Assembly (NCBI RefSeq): GCF_001194135.2
Contig: NC_068993.1
Location: forward strand, 52,690,633 to 52,736,551
Length of the DNA: 45,919 nt
Direction of reading: 5' to 3'
DNA from: Octopus bimaculoides
Lineage: Eukaryota
The position numbers were made by a program, and so were the translations under genes. Within the stretch, counting starts at the first letter, position 1; the number at the start of each line of letters is the position of its first letter. Below, piece by piece: positions 12,501 through 26,079 of the stretch. Under the pieces are notes generated by a model. It made no database searches. It saw nothing but the letters and a program-made list of their open reading frames with translations, and was not told where the DNA came from.

Positions 12501-13292
12501 GTTTTTTTTTTTAATAATTTAACATTATATTTGACTAATTGTTGCGTAACTTGGTGCACGAACGAAATTTTTTATTAGGCTATTAAGAAACAAACAACAT
12601 GAACAAGTCCAGGAAAATATAAATATATATGGGGGTCAGAAATTGAATGTTTTCCATCCAAATGATGGTCAATAATAATTGTCAATACATTCAAAGAAAA
12701 CAATTATTAATATCATATCCAACGTAGTGTTTTAAAGCTTTCGTTTAACGCTAGCAACTTGTGGGGCAGGGCAGAACGAAATTGGGTTCCTTGATGAGGT
12801 TTCCAATGTCAAAACCTTAAACTTCCCTCAGCTATTTTTAGTAATTATGTCATCAATCTTTAAAGATTTAGGAGATGATACTATCACTATGGTAACTATG
12901 AAAATCGACAATTTTACACTGAAACTAATGAAGACACAAGAAACGGATTCAGAAGTCATGCAGTGAAAAATAAAGAAAAATGTTGCAGAAGATTTTTTCA
13001 GAAATCTAAATCTGAAGACTAAAGATTATGCAGTCAGAACTAAAAGAATTAAAAACGCACAATTAGACTTTAACACAGAGATGTACTTGACGGGGGTTCG
13101 GATGATGATAATAATGATAAGGAAGGATTGTAACAAACATGCAGATTAAAAGTAGTAAAAATGACAATAATAATAATAATAATAACACCTATTATAATAA
13201 TTACTATACATGATATCACCCACAGTGACAAAAATAAACTTCCAAATAACCGTTATATTACAAGTAACATTCTAATACAATTTGTTGTTTGT

Positions 13293-13646
13293 TGGCACTC
13301 CGTCGCTTACGACGTCGAGGGTTCCAGTTGATCCGATCAACGGAACAGCCTGCTCGTGAAATTAACGTGCATGTGGCTGAGCACTCCACAGACACATGTA
13401 CCCTTAACGTAGTTCTCGGGGATATTCAGCGTGACACGGTGTGACAAGGCTGACCCTTTGAATTACAGGAAGTAAGAGTGAGAGAAAGTTATGGTGAAAG
13501 AGTACAATAGGGTTCGCTGCCGGAGCCTCGTGGAGCTTTAGGTGTTTTCGCTCAATAAACACTCACAACGCCCGGTCTGGGAATCGAAACCGCGATCCTG
13601 TGACCGCGAGTCCGCTGCCCTAACCACTGGGCCATTGCGCCTCCAC
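13293..13646 (-). mobile_element. Composite SINE: family D tRNA head joined to a family C 3' tail
   Basis: 13470-13646 matches the head of the 42988 element; 13293-13469 matches the tail of 15576-15893; junction at acagg (13465-13469). Confidence 0.75.
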
Positions 13647-15575
13647 TCTAATACAATATATATACAATATAACAGGATTAGGTCAGATCTGACTTCTCTT
13701 GATTTATATCCTAAGAGTTGTCTCTTATGAAGCTCCAGTATGTCCAGATTGTCCGGCAGATTAGTGGACGGTAGAAATGGTGTATGATAGAAAATATAAT
13801 TAATTAATGGAGAAAATACGGCCTTAGAGACAAACAGCCTTCAGAGGCAGCTGGCTTTATTGTCATTACAAGGTCTTGTTGTGGTGACTAATAATAATTA
13901 TTGTTATTACAAAGTTTGGCAATGACGTGTTTGGCTTCACTACCTGGTAACTATTAGCAACCGTTGGTTACATACCACTGTTGGGTCAGAGGGGAAGTTC
14001 AAAGTAATATTGATTGTACAACGAAAAACTGACATCCCTCTGTGTAAGAAAGCTTATTAACATATAAATGTAATGTGAAAACGGCAAATATGAGACGGTG
14101 ATGATGGTGATGGTGGTGGTGGTGGTGGTGGTGGGAAGACATAGAAGGAAAATGATAAGGAATTTAGAAAGGAAAGATTAAAGGAGAAAAGGAAGTAGGA
14201 AAGTGTAGGAGGAAAGGAATGAAAGGAAAATTTAGAAAAAAATTCTCACTCCAAAATGATGATAGTGATTACGAAAGCGCTGTGCTCATGAAAATATTAT
14301 CGTAACTTGGAGTCCAGTAACGCGAAACATATTAGTTTTCATTGACTTCCGTGTTACATGATAGTTAATGGACATGGAATTCAACGAGAATGTGTGTTTC
14401 ACGTTGCAAAATTTCACTCTATAGCAACTTTTCCGTAACGCAGTGTGGTGGGTTCCAGTAGTTTAAAGGGGATTTTAAAACGAAACTCAAGTTCGGAGAT
14501 GATATCTACTGAAGCTGGGTGAATTTATGTTTTACTGTTGCTGCCGGCAGTAGTAGTAGTAGTAATAGTGGGAGGAGNNNNNNNNNNNNNNNNNNNNNNN
14601 NNNNNNNNNNNNNNNNNNNNNNNNNNNNNNNNNNNNNNNNNNNNNNNNNNNNNNNNNNNNNNNNNNNNNNNNNNNNNNNNNNNNNNNNNNNNNNNNNNNN
14701 NNNNNNNNNNNNNNNNNNNNNNNNNNNNNNNNNNNNNNNNNNNNNNNNNNNNNNNNNNNNNNNNNNNNNNNNNNNNNNNNNNNNNNNNNNNNNNNNNNNN
14801 NNNNNNNNNNNNNNNNNNNNNNNNNNNNNNNNNNNNNNNNNNNNNNNNNNNNNNNNNNNNNNNNNNNNNNNNNNNNNNNNNNNNNNNNNNNNNNNNNNNN
14901 NNNNNNNNNNNNNNNNNNNNNNNNNNNNNNNNNNNNNNNNNNNNNNNNNNNNNNNNNNNNNNNNNNNNNNNNNNNNNNNNNNNNNNNNNNNNNNNNNNNN
15001 NNNNNNNNNNNNNNNNNNNNNNNNNNNNNNNNNNNNNNNNNNNNNNNNNNNNNNNNNNNNNNNNNNNNNNNNNNNNNNNNNNNNNNNNNNNNNNNNNNNN
15101 NNNNNNNNNNNNNNNNNNNNNNNNNNNNNNNNNNNNNNNNNNNNNNNNNNNNNNNNNNNNNNNNNNNNNNNNNNNNNNNNNNNNNNNNNNNNNNNNNNNN
15201 NNNNNNNNNNNNNNNNNNNNNNNNNNNNNNNNNNNNNNNNNNNNNNNNNNNNNNNNNNNNNNNNNNNNNNNNNNNNNNNNNNNNNNNNNNNNNNNNNNNN
15301 NNNNNNNNNNNNNNNNNNNNNNNNNNNNNNNNNNNNNNNNNNNNNNNNNNNNNNNNNNNNNNNNNNNNNNNNNNNNNNNNNNNNNNNNNNNNNNNNNNNN
15401 NNNNNNNNNNNNNNNNNNNNNNNNNNNNNNNNNNNNNNNNNATATATATATATATATATATACATCGTGAAGTATATTTGCCACTTAAATGTGGCTAACC
15501 CTTAAGGGTGGATGCTATTGTAGCTCATTCAGAGATTTATTATGTGTGTGTGTGTGCGTGTGTATGTGTGTGTGT

Positions 15576-15893
15576 GATGGTGCGTGGCTTACTGGATATT
15601 CGGCTCACTATCGGAAGGTCATGAGTTCAATTCCCGGCGACGCGTTGGGCTCCTTGAGCAAGGCACTTTATTTCACGTTGTTCCAGTCCAGTCAGCTGGC
15701 AAAAATAAGTAGTACCTGTATTTCAAAGGGTCAGCCTTTTCACACTCTGTGTTACACTGAATCTTCCTGAAAACTACGTTAAGGGTACACGTGTCTGTGG
15801 AGTGCTCAGCCATATGCACGTTAATTTCACGAGCAGGCTGTTCTATTGATCGAATCAACTGGAACCCTCGTTGTCGTAACTGACGGAGTGCCA
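15576..15893 (+). mobile_element. CORE-type SINE family C, full length
   Basis: tRNA-like head with B box gagttcaattccc, CORE-like ccttgagcaaggcactttatttcacgttgttccagtcc, and tail ending tgacggagtgcca. Confidence 0.8.
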
Positions 15894-15897
15894 GTTT

Positions 15898-16057
15898 GTG
15901 TGTTTACGCCCCCGTAACTAAGTGCTTCGGCAATCGAAACCGATACAGTAAGTACCTGGATTTAAAAAATAAATACTGGGGTCGATTCATTTGACTAAAA
16001 ATTCTTCAATACGGGGCCCCAGCATGGCCGCAGTCTAATGATTGAAACAAGTAAATG
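15898..16057 (+). mobile_element. SINE family A 3' half
   Basis: gtttacgcccccgtaactaag...ccccagcatggccgcagtctaatgattgaaacaagtaaa is the reverse complement of the 5961 and 18815 tails. Confidence 0.7.
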
Positions 16058-16621
16058 GACAAAAAGATGAAAAGGAAGACAGGGCCCATGATCCTTTTAG
16101 GGCCGCTGGGACTGGTGGAAGGGAAGTGGAAGATATTAACAAGTTGGAGATCATGCCCGAATGCTTTGCAACGGAGAAGACCAAAGAGCAGGGCTTCGGG
16201 TAACTTCTGCGTATACAATGTACTATCCGAATGAGAAAAACTACATGCAAAAGATGATAGACGAAAGAAAGAATTAAACGAAGTACGGGTGATATATTGG
16301 AGGAAACAGATGAGGTGAAACCTAAGCTTTTTGCCAGAAAAAAAAATTTTCAAATTGCTCGAGAAATCAAAAGATCATAGAACAAATAAACTACGCTAAT
16401 AAAACTAACATTATAGTGTTGTTACAACAACAAAAACTGCGAAAATATTTGATCGTGAAATGACAACATTTGATAATATTTTTTATATTACACATTTTCA
16501 CATCAGAAATAAATTTCAAACAGGAATTAAAAACTAAAGAAATTTGTTCTTACATTAGCCGACTATTTCGATATTCTGGCCTACAGCTTTACGTAAAACT
16601 GATTTTTAAAATTTTATATAT

Positions 16622-16655
<34 letters not shown>

Positions 16656-18122
16656 GACAGTTCAATACTAATCGAAGCCAAATGATTTGGATGATTTTAT
16701 CTTACAGTTTGACATAGATAACTTCACTCTTCTGAAGGTACTAAAGAATGCTCAGAAATATACAAAATGGTAGGAGTCCCGGCTAAAATTTGAACCGTAG
16801 TTCTAACGAAGTATCAACTTTCGGGTTGCTAGCCATTTCTGCTCAGAAAAATAGTGATTACAGCAGTTTTTGACCGAATTTTTTAATTTTCTTTTTTTTT
16901 TTTTACTGAAAAATCGAACCTCGCTCGAATCAGAGGCTGGCGTTGCTGCATCCACTCCGTACGTCTAATAGAAAACAATATAAATCGGAAAACTGAAGTA
17001 GAAAATCTTAACTGACAGAGAAAGAACAACGACGGCAACCATATTTGTCTCCAATCGATGAAAAAAAGAATTGCAGAAATCCTCAAATTAACAAAATGGC
17101 AAGAGGACAAGATGTGCATTCACTGCAGGACAGCAACTACGATATAACAGCACATCAAATTACAAAATATATACTTGTAAATAATAACAATGGCAAATAA
17201 ACGATACAGAAATGTGGTAGATTAACTTCACAACGATTACAGTAAAAGAAATGGTCTTACCGATGGTGATATTCGGAGTTAAACAAAGGATCGCAGGGAA
17301 GTTAATGTGCCATGCTCGTAGGTCAATTAAATGATTGATTCTACTTGGTACATGTGTAAAATGATGGAATGTAGAAGTACGGAAAAAACTTAATCAGTGT
17401 TACGCAAAATTAAATGTAACAGGAAACAAAGTGCAAACCTAAGGAAGATATTATTTACAGCACTTATCTGCTGATTCCTGTTTGAAAAACTGGCACAGAA
17501 TAAATGTGCTAAAGCGACAAATTAGCGAGGGCTGTTGCGGAAATACATCGAATACGCGTAACGTCTGCAAAAGGAAAATGAACGAGCAATGAATGGTGTT
17601 TGCACAGGGTCAGATCAAGATTAAATTTTGTAGCTGTGATTGCTCTAACCTGATGCCGCTACAGCATCTAAGGCTCCCTAATAAGAAGAACATAAACATG
17701 ATTGCTATGATTGTTATTATATAACCTTAGGCAATTACTAATAACATAAAAGAAATGTTTCGTTTTTAAAGTTGGATCTTCGCAGTTGATGAAAAGAATT
17801 CACAGCTCACATTATCTTTATCGTTGATCATCGATAGGGAAGTTCTAATTATATATATCATAAGATATATATTCTTATATATCTGATTATATCTGATTTT
17901 ATATATCATAAGTTATATATTCTTATACATCTTATGTATTCGATGTCAGTAATGTTTCAAAGAATACATGAATGAGTGTATTGTAGTGAGAAGAGTATAT
18001 TCCTCCTCATAACAATCAGTCGATGAGCAGTGCACTAACATGCACAGAGTAATGAACTAAAAAATGTTTATTTATTAAAATTACCCCATATTGGGGAAAA
18101 AAAACCCAACCGTTATTTAAAT

Positions 18123-18376
18123 CAGTGCTTCTCAGCCATTTTTTTTACCTATGAACCCCTTTGGTTCCTATTTTAGTTGGGTTAACCCTCATAGCGATTC
18201 GATGTTTAAAAAAATCTTATATTTATATAATTAAATATATTAGGAATTGTATAAAAGAAATTGTTAAAATATTTTGTATATTGTAGAGGTATAAGCAAGT
18301 TATTGCACATAAGTTTTAACAACAAAATCTTTTGTGGAGCTCCAAAGGTCATAAGGACCTCAAATGAAGACCACTG
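18123..18376. mobile_element. Non-autonomous hAT (Charlie-like) MITE, 254 bp
   Basis: Imperfect TIRs cagtgcttctca.../...tgaagaccactg. 8-bp flanks atttaaat (18115-18122) and atctaaat (18377-18384) match at 7/8, consistent with a hAT TSD (NTCTAGAN-like). Confidence 0.75.
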
Positions 18377-18814
18377 ATCTAAATGAATAACTCTAGTTGA
18401 GAAAAGTAACGGAGACAACTCACAGAATTTAAATTAATTAAAAATTGTTAGTATTAGGAACGTATTAAACCTCATCAGCAAAACTTAATTTAACCTAGAT
18501 TGTCCCTTCCCGCATGACTTTGTTGACAATGAATTAAAGTTTTATAACAACGAAAAGAGAGTGTTAATTGCTACTGTTAATTGCTATCCACACTTACACT
18601 ATAATATACAACATAGTTGTCGGTTCCTAACATTCAGCTATTTAAAGTGACAACAGGCTGACAGCATACAGAATAAATAAAAAATTAAGATATAAGCCTA
18701 TCCAATCATGGATATTTAACTATCTTATTTACAGCGAAAAATTTGATATCAAATACTAGACGATATGGTTAAATTCACAACACTTACTATGGAGGTAAGA
18801 TTCTCAATCACATT

Positions 18815-19167
18815 TTTTACTTGTTTCGGTCATTAGACTGCGGCCATGCAGGGGCACTGCCTTGAAGAGCTTAATCAAACAAATCAATCCCAGTACTAAT
18901 TTGTTTAAAATCTTCTACTTACTCTATCGGTTTCTTTGACCAAACCACTAAGTTACGGGGACGAGAACAAACTGACACCGGTTGTCAGGTGGTGATGAGA
19001 GAGCAAACACAAACACATACATGTAGTTTCCAACAACTAAATTCACACACAAGACATAAGTCGGTCTAGAGCTGTTGTAGAATACATTTATTTGAGGTGC
19101 CGAGCAGAGGGACTGAATCCGAAACCACGTGATAAGAAAGCGAGCTTTTTAACCACATAGCCATGCC
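18815..19167 (-). mobile_element. SINE family A, full length
   Basis: Colinear with 5961-6309, with head ggcatggctatgtggttaaaaagc on the minus strand. Confidence 0.8.
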
Positions 19168-20184
19168 TATTCATTATTACTTCAATTTGCTGATATTAAG
19201 TTCTACGTTACCCTCTGGGCCGATTTATACCTTTCATCCTTTCGGGATCGATAAAATAAGTACGATTTGAGCACTTCACCCCAAATTTCTGTCCTTGTGC
19301 CAAAATTTAAAACCGATATTAAATTCTACATTTCAATGACAAAGTGAAAACTTTCATTACTCCCTCGTTAAATTAAAAATAATTCACCCTCTTCCATTAG
19401 TCTTTCTAAATTTTAATTCAAAAAATTATAGCTTCCCTCACCTATATTTGCTGATAAATTTATATTCAAATCCATTGGAATAAACTATAATTTTCACTTA
19501 CTTACGCTTAATATTAATCTGTCGTCTGTCAGTTATCGATAAAGACGTCAAGTAGCAGCAAAGATAAATAGCAGGTTTGTTTGATTATAAATACCTATTA
19601 AGTGTAATTATTGATTTGCCCTTATTGTTTAATTTAGTTTGTTTACATGTCTTTGAGACACGCCTAAACTAACTCGACAATTTCATCTTTTTTATTTTGG
19701 GTGATCAGGTGAAAGAACAAAAACTAAAATATAAGAGATTATACAGGGAAAAACATACTATTTATTGGTATTCAACATATGTAACGAGATATCTTGGTAT
19801 TTAACACTTCAAAAATGCTGTTCAACTCTACTCTGTGCATATGAATAAGTATTTTCCTACAAATACAACATTGCGGACATTTTAAGATGGGGGGGGGGGC
19901 TAGAAAGCAGACCATTTGAATTCAAGGAATTCAAGATAAAATGTAATCCTTGCAAAACTGGAACGCCAAACAAATTTTAGCCAACCGCATTAATTAAAAG
20001 TAAAGTGGTGTAGGGCTAAATCGATTATTTCGACCCGAGTACTCAAATGATATTTGCACTATTTTATCGATCATTGGCAGATGGTTGGCAAAATCGACAA
20101 GATTTTAAGCCAATGGAGTCTGAGACTATTCAATGCGTTTTGTTCGTCACTCTTCTGGTTCTGTCAATTCACAAGAAATATTGA

Positions 20185-20400
20185 TCTCAAATTTTGGCAC
20201 AAGACCAGCAATTTCGGGAGAGGGATATAGTTGATTACATCGACCCCAGCATTTAACTAGTACTTGTTTTATCAACCCCAAAAAGATGAAAGGCAAAGTC
20301 GACCTCCGTAGAATTTAAACTCATAACTTAAAGACGGACGAAATGCTGCTAAGCACTTTGTTCGGCGCGTTAATGATTCCGCCTGCTCGTCGCTTTATCC
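20185..20400 (-). mobile_element. SINE family B
   Basis: Near-complete reverse complement of 28889-29100; a more decayed copy lies at about 20000-20160. Confidence 0.75.
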
Positions 20401-20809
20401 ATAAGAAATATCAATGGTATTTTTGTTTATTACTATTCCTAAGCTATATTTATGTTTATATCTGAACAGTATCGAGAACTTTATTTCAAATCATAGGTCG
20501 AATTTTAGAGCTGGCCGATTCAATACCTCATGGTTCCGCTTTCAAATCTCACCGCGTAATATAATACGATTGATTTAGACCAACTGGTTTAGACCAACAG
20601 TTTCTAATGTATATATAGGTCAGGGTATAATTTTAAAAGGATTGAGAAAATACTTTACTTTTGAAATGTTTGATAAAATGAAAATTGTTCATGAGCATGC
20701 AATAGACTACATTAAGGGCATAAAGATCCACAACACAATAACTACTGCAAACAAAAACGGAGGAATTTTTCTCTAAGAAGGATATCAGGGGTTAAGTGCC
20801 ATCCACATG

Positions 20810-20915
20810 TCAGTGGAGAAGAATGGCATAATGGTTAGAGTGTTGAACTCATGATCGTAAGATTGTGGTTTCGATTACTGGACTTGGCGATGCGTTGTGT
20901 TCTTGAGTTAAACAT
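20810..20915 (+). mobile_element. SINE family C head
   Basis: tggcataatggttagagtgttgaactcatgatcgtaagattgtggtttcgattactggac...gtgttcttgag. Confidence 0.6.
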
Positions 20916-22752
20916 TTTATATCACGATATATATAATTAATAATGAATAATACTTTTATTTATGTATTTTTGATAATCTCAAGTATATGATTTTTTAAGA
21001 TAAACATTGAATGAGCGTTATTGATTAACTGTGTTATCATATACTGTTACGCATCTTCGATAGACCGATTTTGTATACTCGATTGATAGCCCTAAGCTTC
21101 TAGTCTCTTTGGCCACTGAAGATTGGTATTGTTTCTGTCATGAAGATGCACGAAGACTAGAAACTAATCATCACCATCTTATTTTTCTGCCCAGAGGAGA
21201 GATAAATACCTCTGTTAATCACCTTAATTAAAGTCTAATGAGGCTCAACTTGTAATTTTATCAAAAACGCTATAATTTACATTACATTTCAAATCAAACA
21301 TACCACTGTATATTACTCAAATAATGATTGGAATTATTTCTAAAATCCTCAGTAGTTGACATAACCCCAGTATACCTAGTCCTGAAATCGTCTAGAAATT
21401 TCGAATAATTTTACTTATCCAGTTTATTTGAACAACTAGCTTTTGTTTAAATATTTTAACAAGTTGTCAGTGTCTTTATATAATTTTATATTTTCGTGCA
21501 AAGGCGGTTAGACTTATATTTACGTGTCTGAAGTGGAGAGAAGTTGCTGCTACGTAAATTAAGTTTTTATTTATTTATTTTTACTTCTATTGTCTGGAGA
21601 ATGGGGCAAGTACCCGAAACTAGGTCGATGAGATTGATGCTGTTAATATTCCGTTTGAACCTTTGTAAGTCAACACCTGCGAGAAAAGTATGAGCATGGA
21701 AGGAATTCCAGGTGGATGCGACATTCTAAGAAGGAAGGAATGGGTGGAGTAAATTAGTAATTAGTTTCAGTTAATATGGCAATTTTATTTCCAAACTTTT
21801 CCTTTATCTCTTTCTTTTCCTTCACTTCCCATACTTCACACTTATTCCTGTTACATTAAAATACGTTTTCTTTTGTTGTTGTTGTTGTTGTTGTTTTCAG
21901 GACACACTGATGGATATTAATTAAGGTCATTAACAACAATTAAATTAAATGAATTGCAATTTACCAAATACAAACCGAAACTCATGTGACAAGGAACTGA
22001 CATCTTCACTCGATCAACGTTAAGTTTTATTTGGTGAAATAACAAGGGATTGGTTGAACATACAGAACCAGACTGATAGTTCAAACTATGTAAATATGAA
22101 TGGAATTTAATTGTAGACTCAAGAAAATAGAGAAGTGCGCTTCTGGCGGTTTGATTATTAAACAAATATTCCCAGATTAGATACGTTATGATTGAACACA
22201 CAGCATGACACTTACCGAGCATGGGAATCCATTCGAGATAATGTCAAGCTGCTACTCAACTTCCCATACTTTTGAGTTTTGGTGGGAAAAATATAAGAAA
22301 GTGAGTCACTTTGTTTGGATAGAACGATAGACATCGTCAAGTTTTTATTTTGAAAATAACTGCATTTTGTTACTAAAACAACATGAAGTCTAATGACACG
22401 CCGATAAAATGCACTGTTCGAGCCTTGTTATGGTGTCAAATGGAAGGACGATCCCATTTTTTAATGTAACAATCCACACAAGCACCATGGGGATAGTGAG
22501 TTACCGAAATGAGTGATGCAGCAGAAACTAATATTCACTGAAAAGATGATATAACTACACAAAAATTTACATTATGTTACTACTACGCGATACATGAACC
22601 ATTAAGGCACCTCATTGCGGATTTTTTTATCTACTAGAAATAGAAACCAACTTTCCTTAGTTTACTCGACATTTTGAAATAAGGAAAGATACAGTGGAAA
22701 TAATTGACTAGTTTAGTTTAGGTTAAAGCTAATATCCCCACTATTTTTTTTA

Positions 22753-22950
22753 CTTTCTAGCTTTGGTACAAGGCCAGCAATTTTGAGGGGACGGGGAAAT
22801 TGATTACATCGATACCCGTACCTGACTGGTATTTATTTTATCAACCACGATAGAATAAAAAGCAAAGTCGACCTCGGTGGAATTTGAACGTAGAACGTAA
22901 AGCGCCAAAGGAAATGCTGCTAGGCATTTTGTCTGACGTTGTAACGATTC
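22753..22950 (-). mobile_element. SINE family B
   Basis: tttggtacaaggccagcaattt...aaagtcgacctcggtggaatttgaacgtagaacgtaaag...taacgattct. Confidence 0.75.
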
Positions 22951-23574
22951 TACGAGGTCTTTCTTTGCAAAGTGTTTCGCAATCCACGCCTGTAACCATT
23001 GTTAGAATTTCTTCAATTAAAGAATAAACCTGATTTCATCTAGAAAACCTTGTGTGCGCATATTTAACAACTAAATAAAGAAAAAACAAAAAGGAAACAC
23101 TGCTTATAGCCATTTATAGTGTATGCAACGTCTGATAAAGATAAATTGATCTGTTTAACCTCTTGAACGTGGAAACCAGATTTATCCGTTCAAAATTTTA
23201 TTACCATTAACTGCGGAAAGTGGTTTTATCCAACGCCTTTGCAAAAATAAGAAACAAACAGAAAAAAAGACTTTATTTATGTTGTGAGAAGCAGAGACAC
23301 CCTATTGACACTTTTCACCAAAGACGATATTCCAAATTTTCATAATCTTTTTTTCACATATTTTATCGAATATCTCTTTACAGATCAAAAATCAAATACT
23401 GTTAGTGGTGGAAATGAAAACCGTACCAACAGGAGATAGTGAAAAAAATATTACATTTGTGGATAATTAACATCATTACGGGAATGATAATGAAATTTAA
23501 TAACGCAGTCAAATGGTTAACTAGGGTGTATTAATACCTTCTTAAAAATATTTCATTTACGTCTGAAGAAAAAG

Positions 23575-23790
23575 AGGGCATGATCACGGCAGATTCGTTA
23601 ATATGCTGGACAAAATTACTAGCAGCATTTCTTCCGGTTCTTTACGCTCTGAGTTCAAATGCCACTGAGGTCGACTTAGCTTTTCAGCCATTCCGGTTCG
23701 ATAAAAAAGTACCAGCTGAACATTGGGCTCGATGTAATCGACTTGCCCATCACCTTAAAATTGCTCGACTCGTGGCAAAATAAGAACGAA
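23575..23790 (+). mobile_element. SINE family B
   Basis: ggcagattcgtta...tttacgctctgagttcaaatgccactgaggtcgacttagc...tcgataaaaaagtaccag. Confidence 0.7.
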
Positions 23791-24294
23791 TTATACTACA
23801 TTACACTCTATTAAGTAACATAACTGGCTCTGAACTATAACAGGTTTACACTATATGACACTAAAGTGCAGTATTATTCCAGTACACCATAGTACTAAAC
23901 CGTAAATCAGAATGCTTTATAATTAATTTATATGCTATAGCACACAGTTCATTACTACAGAACATACGACAGAACAATACATTACAATATCACAAGGTTA
24001 GCACATACCGCTACTTCATCTAAATTTATGATTCCATTAAACTTATTTGCTCCAATAACAACAGAAACATAACAAATATATTATATTGATATATAAGTCT
24101 AGAAAGAAAAGAAAGACAGAAACAATGACAAAAAGAAACAAAGAACGAAAAGATTTTGTTATTATTATTGGAAAAGAACAATAAACCAAAATGTATTCAT
24201 TGCTTTCAGCCAGGAATTCTCTGGTGGCATTCTGTTTTGTTTCGCTATAAAATTAATGCGCGATAGTCGTCATTATTATCCTAGTTATTCTTAG

Positions 24295-25390
24295 GATAGC
24301 AAGCTGGCAGAATCGTTACAGTATCAAAATAAAAAAATATATTACTTTGCAGCATTTGTTCTAACTCTTTATGTTCTGTGTTCAAAACTCGCCGTGAATT
24401 CTGTCTTATTCCTCCGAGGTTGATAAAATAAAGTATTAGTCAAGTTTATTTTAACATGCGGCCGATAGTATCCACTAATCTCTGCCCCTTTGTTCCTAAA
24501 TTAGAAATTATCATTAAGGTGGTGAGCTGGGAGAATCGTTAGCGCGACGGAAAGAGATGCTTAGCAGCATTTGCTCTCTCTCTCTTTACAGCTAGTGTCG
24601 TCTGTCGCTTGACCGACGATCGTGCTTTGATGCTTGAATATAGTTTTCTCCGGATAGGAATTAGGGTGATACAGTTACCGCATTGTCAAGTTTCATAAAG
24701 GTGGTTCAGAAGTGGCGACTGCAAACATTCTTGCCGTTATTTGTTACCATATGGAAGATGGAGTGCTGTCGCAATCGTTAAAACTTCGGAATAAACACAT
24801 GGCGGTATTCCTTCTGGCTTTTTACGTTCTGAGTTCAAATCCTACTGAGGTCAACTTAGCCTTTTTAATCACCCTCCCCCCGTGATCGATAAAATAAAGT
24901 GACAGACAAATACTGGTGTCGATAGTACCAGCTTATCCTCTCTCCTCAAATCTAAAAATTAATATTGTTAAGAGCAGCAAACTGGCGAAATCGTTAGAGC
25001 GTCGGAATAAATGCTTAGCAACAATTTTTTTCCGGTTCTTTAAGTTTTTTTAGTTCAAATTTTGTCCTTTCGGGGTCGATCAAGTAAGTATTAGTTGAGC
25101 ACTGAAGTCGATGTTATGAACTTAACCCTTCTCCTAAAATTACTGGCCTTGCACTAAGATTAGAAAAAATTATTATCAAAATCAGGGCAACAAGCTGGTA
25201 GAATCTTTGGAATGTCCGGAAAGATGCTTTCCTGCAATTCTTTCACTTTTTTTAAATATATTCTGAGTTCAAATCCCGCTGTGGTCAACTATACCCTTCA
25301 TCCCTCTGGAGGGTCGATAAGACAAAGTACGAACATTGATGTAATCGACTAACACACTTCCTTCAAAATTACTGATCTTCTGTCTAGATC
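24295..25390 (+). mobile_element. Head-to-tail cluster of five degenerate family B SINEs
   Basis: Heads (agctggcagaatcgtta-like) at about 24295, 24517, 24760, 24970 and 25185, most followed by gagttcaaa B-box and gtcgataaaa modules. Confidence 0.7.
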
Positions 25391-25987
25391 AGCAGCAGTT
25401 ATCTTTAACGACATGACCATCGTGGCTTGACACAATTCTTATTGCCTCTCGGTGACTAAGGCGAAAAACCAGTGCTCTTCGAACAAAGTCTGTTCTCCAC
25501 CGATTTACAAGTGCACCTTTGTCATTCTTGCTGCTGTAGCTATAGTGAAAGGAAGAATGCTCTATGGGAAATTTGTAACCAACGGCGCTATTGTTCATAA
25601 ATTGCAAAATAGAATAAATTAAAAATAAGAATAATAATGAACCGTTATTAGGGTGTGTTACAATTGAGAGAAACATCCATCACAATTGAACTAAAACTCT
25701 GTTAATGGCGGTATAGATAGATATAGTACTGCTATAGAAAGCAATATATGGCTGCATAATAGTATGTTATGTCTTCTGGTGACTCAACAGGGTGGAGAGC
25801 ACCATCTTGTTATTATAGCAATACGAAGGCAAGTTAATTTTATTGGGGGTAATTATACAAATCGTAAACAAAGTAATGTAAGTTCGAGCCCCACCTTTTA
25901 TTTGTTTTCATATATTTTTATAGCTGCACCGTAGATGCAGTATAGCCAAATAGTTGAGAAGTTCGTCTTACAAACACGAAGTCCCAG

Positions 25988-26079
<92 letters not shown>

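Noticed and set aside
12784-12827. Hammerhead-like cttgatga-ggttt...aaacc-ttaaac
   Set aside because: Both core halves deviate (CUUGAUGA, no GAAA); at best a dead remnant.
14506-15505. ORFs of 150-480 aa spanning N runs (also near 1.3, 32, 37-38, 41 and 44 kb)
   Set aside because: Artefacts of X translation through assembly gaps.
16006-16353. 115-aa minus-strand ORF
   Set aside because: It runs into a SINE tail; no motif was recognised in the frames I translated.
18445-18480. Minus-strand CTGATGAGG...CC motif
   Set aside because: No GAAA after the putative stem II and no stem I partner.
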